Shown here in pieces: positions 55,517 through 64,000 of a DNA stretch of 64,000 nucleotides; the first letter of the stretch is position 1, and the number at the start of each line of letters is the position of its first letter. The stretch spans positions 4,464,001 through 4,528,000 of the forward strand of contig CM035359.1 of NCBI GenBank assembly GCA_020137815.1. The letters are read 5' to 3'. The notes under the pieces are model-generated. The model saw only the letters and a program-made list of their open reading frames with translations, had not been told where the DNA came from and searched no databases. Position numbers and translations under genes: made by a program. The stretch is from Hormiphora californensis (Eukaryota; Animalia; Ctenophora).

Positions 55517-58500
55517 TCACTCATAAAACACATCTGAATTGTCTGTTAAGAACTTTCGCAAATAAAAAGATCCGACAGTCCCCAAAAATGGCAAAACAAT
55601 TCCCAGGCCAGCAACAACTCTCAACAATACTAACTGCTCCTTCAACTTTTCTACCAACACATTTTTACACCCCTGAGTCCACACCGTGTCCTTCTCGATG
55701 TCCTTCACGGCCATATCCGCCCCACAATCAATGGTTTCCTCGATGCAGCAAGAATCGGGCGTGTCTTTCGACCTCTTACTAATCCAATAGGTAGCAAAAC
55801 TGTACCTCCTGCCGTTACTCCAATCAATAGGACCATTAGCGATACCACAACACTCCAACTCTCTCTGAATCGTGTCTACGGCAGTAGTTACAGCATCGTA
55901 ATTTGGATTTTTATAATACACCAGCTGGGCCTTTGCACTGGTTTCAACCTGGGAGTCGAGCTCCTGACCAAAAACAATAACAGTAGCAAGGATTGATATG
56001 GCGGTGACGAATAGGATTCCAGAGAGGATGGTGTGAGAGAGGATGAGGAGGAGGGAGTGGGAGACGGAACCACAGCAGCCAATAATGCTAATCAGGATCG
56101 TAGCACCACCCAATGCGATTAGAATTGTACTGAAAAGAAGGGTGTGTTAATTAATAGATATATAATGAGGGTGTATCGAAACTACAACATGTTATTCTGG
56201 CTTCTAGTCGCTTCTAGACTGAAACTGACACCATCTTATCTGACGGGGTCACTGCACGGGTGGGGGTTATTATCTCTGGTTCCTTTTACTTTAAAGACCA
56301 GAGTCTCTCACGAGACCTCCAAAGCATAATTTTATAACAAAAAAGTACCGTGCTTTTTCCTTTTAACCATGATAACAAAATATCTGGTGTTTTTTCTTCG
56401 TTAGAACATTATCTCGTGATTTCGAATTTAGCTGATCCATAGTCTTAATTTTATGGAAAAATTGCGAAACCGAAAGCCTTTTTTCTTGAAAATATGATCA
56501 CCATCCGTCATAGTCTCCCACCATCAACCCCCTCATTTATTCTATAGAGATCCAATGGCTGTACAGACCTGCACGATGCCAATGAACTTTGGTAGACACT
56601 ACCTAGAGTTGAATGGTCTAAACGATCTGCAACTGATGTGCAGTGGAGGTGAGGTTGTCCGGACGAGTTCATTCCCATTGGCCATGAACAGCTTAGTGAT
56701 TTGTGACTTGGTGGGAAAACAACAAATGAAGGAACTCGACGTGGAGGAGTTTTCCCACTCCTCAGTTGCAAGTTTCGTGGATTGCTGTTACACTGGCACT
56801 GCAGTTCTCACCAGGGAAAACTTTAGAGAGGTAAACAAGCTGAGTGCAGTGTTCAAAGTCGAATGGATGGCTGAAGAGTGTCTGAAGTTCTACACCGACC
56901 TCTGCTCCGGACTGACTTCAGGATCTCCGGAGCTGGCGTTGTTCCTATTTGAAGAAGCAGCATACATCCTCAAGGAGAGGAATAACAGAGACCTTCAAGA
57001 TGTTCTGAGTATCAAGCTGGGGGAATTGTCTTGTCTTCGATTGGCGCTGGTTAAAGATTTCATCTCCCGTGATCCTAATCAACAGGAGTACGTGAACACA
57101 GACCTGTGTTTCTCCTTAGCTAGCAGCAACGAAGTGTCAGTTCTCTACGAGTGGCTAATCGAGAATTTTGAAGGCAGACCCCATCCTGTAAAACTATCTG
57201 ACGTTGAAAAGAGGTTCCTAACTCTCCCCTCCCTGACATTGTGTTTCCAAACGGACCAACCTTTGTACAAGAGACTATTGGCAACTGTTCAGCGATCGCT
57301 ATCTAGTAGGGTCGGTTGTGGGAAGTTGGGTCTGGAATTTTAAATTTGACTTGCTGATATGATTAGGGACTCTATAAAAAGTCCAAAGTACCATCCCACA
57401 GGTCTCTACCACCCCCGGTTCACTAATTAGTCGTAATTATGTGATTTATGACGTTATCGCCAATTAGCACTAATAATACCAGTTCCTGGCCACTTCGAGA
57501 TTAGATTTTGATACCAGCTGATAGAGGATCACTAGATTAGTGGATGTTCAAAATTTTAGGTCGATCGGAGTTATGGTTGAGGAGTTATAACCGTTTTTCC
57601 GTTTGGCTGGCGGTTGGCTGGCACCACGTGGGATTACGGGTTTAGGTCGTCGTGGGAGGTCGTCATTAGTCGCGTTCGATCGGGCTCGATGAGGTGATCA
57701 AAACCTAGTGGGGCCAGACCTTGGCCCCACCCCGTTCTTGGGTTATTAGGCTTTTTCGGTTTTGGCGGGAAAATATTTTGGCGGGAAACCGAAAAGCCCA
57801 ATAACCCAAGAACGGGGTGGGGCCAAGGTCTGGCCCCACTAGGTTTTGATCACCTCATCGAGCCCGATCGAACGCGACCAATTACGACCTCCCACGACGA
57901 CCTAAACCCGTAATCCCACGTGGTGCCAGCCAACCGCCAGCCAAACGGAAAAACGGTTATAACTCCTCAACCATAACCCCGATCGACCTCAAAATTTGAA
58001 TGCCCACTAATCTAGTGATCCTCTATCAGCTGGTATCAAAATCTAAGCTCTAAGTGTTCAGGAACTGGTATTATTAATGCTAATTGGCGATAACGTCATA
58101 AATCACATAATTACGACTAATTAGTGAACCGGGGGTGGTAGAGACCTGTGGGATGGTACTTTGGACTTTTTATAGACTCCCTAATCATATCAGCAAGTCA
58201 AATTTAAAATTCCAGACCCAACTTCCCACAACCGACCCTACTAATCCAAAGAAGATCTTTTGTCTCTTTTTGAGATTTTTACCAGCGTTCCCGTTTCTCT
58301 CACTGCTACTAATAGTAGTAGTACTAGTCTGCAAATTAGTGCTAGTAGTACTGCACCTACTACTAGTTTGTTATGTTCTAACCCCGAAACACAGTCTAGC
58401 CAGGCAACTACTAGTAGCTCAAATCCGCAGAGCGAGATTGTTTACCCAATTGTTATACCAGCTCTTAAAAAATGTAAATCATTTTTGGATGCTATTAAAG

Positions 58501-60643
58501 TACTAGATGAGGATCCGAGAATTAGATCTTGTACCCAGTTTTTTTCTTCCCTGTATTACTACAGTGATGTGTTTGATGACACATATTCACCAGACATTAC
58601 TGAAGCAATAACAGCGGCGATTGAAAAACGGGATTTTTGGGGTTATTCAGAGAACTCGAGGTGTTCATGGAGTACAGCTAGAGACATCCCGAAAGACTAC
58701 AATTTTTTGAAGCAGTATTTAAGAGAGGAAGTAAATAAGAAAGAAAACCATAACAGTTTCTATCATGTTTCACACTCGTTTGAACTTGATATTCGTAGCT
58801 TACCAATTCAATGGTCTCAACTGATTTTTCTCAGCCTGCATTATCATGGGTCTAGTTATGGCCATTATGGGTCTACTAGTTACCGGTCTAGTTACTGTGA
58901 TGAAAACCCTCGAGAGTCCAACAAAGAATGCCAAGTTGCCGTTGAAGTTTCAGTGGCTGCAAAAGAGAAAAAATCATGGCCAATTTTTACCATTAAATTG
59001 GTGGAGGATCGTACAATTTTAGAGGCTAAAACAGATGCTCACTTTCACCAAGAACCTGGTTTTCTACAACATATTTTTGTTACGAATGATTATTGTCGCG
59101 GAATGACCGTGTGCAGTGATCTCAATACAATAACTGCGTCTATTAATAAATTGTACTACTTCTGGAAGCGTAATAGGTGGCAGCAGTTCCGTATAAACTG
59201 GTATGCGGTGAAACTTGATTAAATTTATCAATTCATAATACAGAGTTTTTTCAGCGCCGTGTGTATGTTTGATATTTTTTACAGTTTCATGTGCAAATTG
59301 CGATGGTAAATGATGTCTTGATTCTTTCCCATAAAACGTATTACTACCCCGTCGTATTACTACCCCGTCGACCGAACCAACCCAAATAAGCGACGTGTGT
59401 ATCTCCAAACACGTCGCTTGTTTTGGGTAGTTCGGTTCCTGAGATGAAAGAGTTTTTATCAATTACTATAGTACACGTCTACGGGTGGGCGGACTCTAGT
59501 GCTAACGGACTCTTTATCTAAATTCAAAGCGGACTCTATATCTAAAAACGGACTCTTTATCTACAGTTATACTTTGAAAAAATTTTAGATAAAGAGTCCA
59601 CCCAATGTAGACTTTTTAGACATAGAGTCCGCCCTGTGTAGACTTTTTAGACATAGAGTCCCCTGGTACATTTTGGCGCCAAATCCCCCAACCCGGACTC
59701 TATGTCTAAAATCCTAAACCAACCCAAAACCTAACTCTAACCATCACCCTAACCCTAACCTCGAATCCAAATAATGGCCCTAACACTTCTAAATTAGTAT
59801 AGAGGTACAGCAAACTCTCGTTTCCGGCCTAACGGCCGAAATCTCGAGTTCGCTGAGAATGGCGGACTCTATGTCTAATTTAGATTTATGTAAATATAGA
59901 GTCCGCCCATTGTAGACTTTTTAGATAAAGAGTCCGCCCTGTGTAGACTTTTTAGACATAGAGTCCTCCTAGCCTAAAGTTTAGACTTATTTGGACTCTA
60001 TAACTAAGTCTAAATTTAGATATAGAGTCTACTGTAGACTTAGAGTCCGCCTACCACGTCTACGATACCACTACAACCAGAAATAACGAACCTGACGGGA
60101 AAGGTTTTGGTTCCAAAGTAGGTTTCGTAGTAGGAGGCTGAGGTTGCAAGGTAAACTCCTAGTATCACGAATATTGCACCAAACAGCTGAAAATATGGAT
60201 AGGAGTAAAATAATAAATATTGTAAATTGAGAAACCAAATTGCCAAGATGTTTACCCGTCAAGTTCATATATAAAGGGTAAAGAGAGGCGAGTCTAAAAA
60301 CTCCGTCACATAAAGAGAACTCCAACAACTCCTGTCTGGCGCCGCGACCCATCTGAGCGCACTGAGAATGAAATGGCGCCGCCATACAGAACAATTCTGT
60401 TCAACCTTGTGATCTATCAACCTTGATCGTGTCAAAGGGAAACAATCTATCTAGGCAGCAACCACCCGTTCTGAGCACCCTAAAATCACAACTTACGCCG
60501 CCAGACAGCAGATTATAGCGCCGCCATATAGCAGATAGCGTCTCTGCAGTTTTACTGACCATGGTCATGAAGGATAGAGAGAAGAGAATCCACTTTGTAC
60601 ACATCCCGTTGAGATCCAGGTGGTGATGAGCCGTCCTAATCAT
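55517..60643 (-). CDS. Tetraspanin, paralog 1 (263 aa). Exons 60643-60560, 60186-60092, 56129-55517
   Basis: CTKWILF (TM1), IIGCCG (TM2), large loop with CCG, PDSCC and GC, then TM4. Phase-consistent GT-AG introns. Confidence 0.9.
56555..59222 (+). pseudogene. Intronless BTB/POZ-domain gene (574 aa reconstructed), interrupted by a family-A transposon and nested antisense in tetraspanin intron 2
   Basis: DLQLMC..LAMNSLVI..FVDCCYTG..ENFREVNKLSAVFKVEWMAEEC is a BTB pattern. Removing 57304-58246 fuses the two ORFs in frame (..QRSLSKEDLLSLFE..). Confidence 0.85.
57304..58243. mobile_element. 940-bp palindromic family-A element with 3-bp TSD (ATC)
   Basis: atc|tagtagggtcgg ... ccgaccctacta|atc. 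Confidence 0.93.
59484..60055. mobile_element. Mutator-like non-autonomous element with 9-bp TSD
   Basis: acgtctacg|ggtgggcggactct ... agagtccgcctacc|acgtctacg, with internal ggactct.tatcta repeats. Confidence 0.85.
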
Positions 60644-61196
60644 CTCTATCTCTACACCGCCCTAAGGGGAGTAGAGGGTTAGTTAGACTGTTATAGAGCC
60701 GTCCTAATCATTTCTATCTCTACACCGCCCTAAGGGGAGTTAGCTGAAACTAAAACTTTCAATGGAAGGGATAAAATGGAAGGGATTTCTTACCTTGTAA
60801 AACTTTACAGCCATGTCGATCTTCTGAATTCAAAGCGATCAGTTCCTAAATTGCTAAATGAGTGGTAGTTGCGGTCAGGGATTTGGTCAGGGATTTGGTT
60901 ACATATCACAAACAAACAAACAGGGCTTGTAGAAGGAACTCTGATATTCATTAACAACTAATTGTAAATAAACGAACATTATTTGATACTTCTAAAACGC
61001 TATTAAAACAACTAAATTAACAATTGAATTGTACAAATTGTCTGTTATCGCCCGCGAAAAACACACATCGCTAGCACAATCTCTGTCTCCAATCTTTTTA
61101 GTATTACAGTGCCACCATAGCAACCCCTTGGTAACCATAGCAACCCCTTGGTAACCATAGCAACCCCTTGGTAACCATAGCCACCATAACAACCCC

Positions 61197-63323
61197 TCAG
61201 TAACCATGCAGAATGGCCCTCCTTAACATGAATGAACCACACAAACCAAACAGCTCGAGGAATGACACGGACACTCCCAAACCACCAATTAGTAGGAGGT
61301 TGTCGTTTAGGTAGTCGTATAGCTTGTCCTCGCAACCCTGAATGGAAACGTGCGATTTGAAACTACTAGTACAAAAAGGGAAGTGTCGATGGTATGAGGG
61401 GTCTCGGAAATGTTCAGGTCATGCACATTCAGGTCACGCCCACCAATCACAGCTCAGATCGCTGCGATCACAAGAGCTGTTCTGAGCTGTGATTGGTGGG
61501 CGTGACCTGAACATTTCCGAGTCCCATCATGTACGTACTGACTTGCTAGACCCTCTCTCACCGGACCCCGCGAAGGCAAATATTGTAAACAGATGGTTAA
61601 AACATGGTGAGCAGTACTCAGTACTCATTGAGTACTCCAGCTGAGTACAGTATGTTATTCAGAATTTGTTGGAGTACGAGACAACAACTTCTCACTTGTA
61701 CAAAAACCCTAAAAACCAACCCTAAAACCCAACCCTAAAAACCAACCTCTGTGTAAACGATACTAGGATCGGGAACTGCTTTTGCCTCATTTTTCCCGCA
61801 GTTTGTGGTCTCTGTGACACAACACGAGTCGGGAACATCGTTGTCATGGGTACGGATCCAGTAGGTTGCCTTGGCTGCTTCCGTTGCCCACTCTACGGGA
61901 CCAGAATCAATTCCACAACACTTGAGCTAGGAATGGAAGGGGAAGTGAGAGGAAGAACATTGAATGGGGGAAGAACTGAGATTAGAATGGGGATATTTTA
62001 GTTCGAGCAGGCAGGTTCCCTGGCAGTTCAGACAGCCAACTGATGTTCAGACAGGTCAAGAAGACCGATCCTTACCCCTGCTTGTACGACATCCAGTGGC
62101 TTCGTGGCGATATCTTCTTTGATAGGGTTCCCATACTCGGCCAGTTTCGTAGTTGCTGCCTCCTTTATTTGGTTCTTTACCTGTTGAGAAGATTGGGGTG
62201 AGATCCTACAACTGCAGGCGACTCAATCGACCCTTGATGTACAGTGTACACTGCAGTTCTAATATGCCATATTGTTAATAATTTTATGATTTCTCATTCT
62301 AATTTATTAGGGGGGGGGGGTGCGACAAGAAAATCACCCTCATTTTTTGTTAACTTACATCATCCTTAAATACTAGTACGGCGATGATAGCAGAGACTTG
62401 AACCATAAACGTAACCATAATGAAGATGAAATACTGAAACAAATGGTTAATAATATTATAACTAAACAACATTTAATTAATTAATAACTAACCATTAGTA
62501 ACATAAATGTGGAGTGTCTCATGGCCCCACAGCACCCTAGAAACCCTATCAGGGTTATCAAGATTCCCGTACCTAAGGGGGAGGGGGGTCAGTACAATAT
62601 TAGAATCGGACCGGGATGCTCGGGGGTTTTGCCCGGTATTTCATCCCGGATCCCCGCGGGGGAAATTATTCTCCCGGTAAATTGGGTAGATATAAGGGGG
62701 CGGTAGGGATTAGTAGATACGGATCCTTGATCAACTGATTGGCGACGAAAATTTAGCATATTTTTGAACTGGTATAGGTCTCAATATTAACAATTTAAGA
62801 CAAGATCAGGCGCGGCAACACGTAGTTACAAAATGTGAGATGGTAACGGTAAAATGAATAGAGATAAAAATTCTATAAACATATTTGATATATGTCAAAT
62901 ATTGTGACTATTACCGATAAATATGTAGCTCAGAGAGACGGATCCCGAGCCAAAGAACTCTTCATAACTTTGTGCTGCAGTGGCAACATAAACACCAAGT
63001 CCTGCTAGACCAAGTCCCGCCAGCTAATTGGGGAAAATGTGATGAAAGGCGCTAGAAAAAAATCATTCGAAATACTTAGTAGTTCCACATGCCAAATTGT
63101 AAATGGTCCGAGTCACGGATCCATATTAATGGTCCGAGCTGGGTTCAAATTAATAAGAGTTTGTTGCATGCAATATATCATAACCTACCGAGATGAGAAA
63201 GTTGAGTGCAAAGAGGACCCATTTGACACAACTCTCCCCAAGGTCCAGGTGGTAGTGAGATATCCGGGCAGGGTTAGCCCCATAGTCAAGTCCGAGATGG
63301 TGTGCCTGGTGGATGTGAACCAT
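61197..63323 (-). CDS. Tetraspanin, paralog 2 (274 aa). Exons 63323-63189, 63023-62915, 62572-62493, 62433-62359, 62180-62076, 61926-61747, 61337-61197
   Basis: SCVKWVLFALNFL, LIGFLGCCGA, LKCCG, VPDSCC and GCEDKL motifs. All junctions are GT-AG and in frame. Confidence 0.92.
61393..61532. mobile_element. ~140-bp hairpin MITE in the last intron of tetraspanin 2
   Basis: ctcggaaatgttcaggtca..cgcccaccaatcacagctcaga / tctgagctgtgattggtgggcgtgacctgaacatttccgag. Confidence 0.75.
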
Positions 63324-64000
63324 TTTTCTAGCTGATAGTGGGGGAGGGGTTAGCAATGTGTGCAGTTATAGTGGACCTTTTCTCTCAAGATGTTAACGGG
63401 GGGGGGGGGGGGTGAGTAAATTGGAGTAAATTTGGGGAGTTGAGATCTCAACTATGAGGCTGAAGGGGTGAGACAATAAATTGCTTTACCACGACATCAA
63501 GAATAAAAAATTCAATTTTCACAAGACAGTCAACTAAAACTCACACACAAACACTGCATTTGACACTCGTCTCGCTGCCACACACTGGCAGGGTAAAATA
63601 AAACAAAAAATGATCCAATATGTCTCAACAAGCTACATCTGGCGCCGCGGACCCAATCTGAGCGTGCACCATGTGAGCTCAGTGAGAATCAAATCGGGGT
63701 CTGTCAGACAGTTAATAAGTGATATCAGTATGCAAAATGTTGTTGGATTGCTCTGGTGAGGAAGCAAGCCCCGCATGCACTGAACAACTGCACCCCCAGG
63801 AATCCTGCTAGGACGCCACCGAGAAGGCTGATATTACTGTTTAGGTAGTCGAATATCACAGCAGCACAACCCTGTATGGATAGAATTGGTGTAATTGGTG
63901 TAATTAGTTGATTATTTAATTATTTGATTATTTAATTAGTTAATTAGTTGATTAGTTGATTAGTTAATTAGTAAATAATAGTCATTTAGTTAATTTAGAA

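Noticed and set aside
57302-58245. Reading the family-A insertion as having a TA target duplication
   Set aside because: The TA reading shifts the BTB gene into a short dead frame. The ATC duplication restores the full ORF.

Overview
This is eukaryotic (metazoan) genomic DNA with GT-AG introns, microsatellites and very dense small DNA-transposon derivatives. It is probably a ctenophore, inferred from the repeat families and gene types and not confirmed. There is no CRISPR array or prokaryotic operon. Main content: (1) LINE relics (RTEX-like RT, an ORF1-only element, CR1-like RT); (2) a secreted gene with a beta-rich domain and two Sushi exons; (3) a ~5 kb stack of nested palindromic MITEs; (4) a long minus-strand coiled-coil/low-complexity host gene (~15.4-46 kb) whose introns hold other genes. 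Inside the host is a ~4-5 kb tandem duplication. Each copy carries an antisense secreted, dibasic-site-rich precursor gene with two homologous alternative signal-peptide first exons, plus an N-glycosylation-repeat secreted gene; (5) two tandem tetraspanin genes with very different intron structures, one hosting an intronless antisense BTB gene split by a 940-bp palindromic transposon; (6) minisatellites built from RFX X-box motifs or from a splice acceptor. About 39.1-39.7 kb and 44.4-47.3 kb look like unpolished low-quality sequence. All gene models were read by eye and need RNA-seq confirmation.
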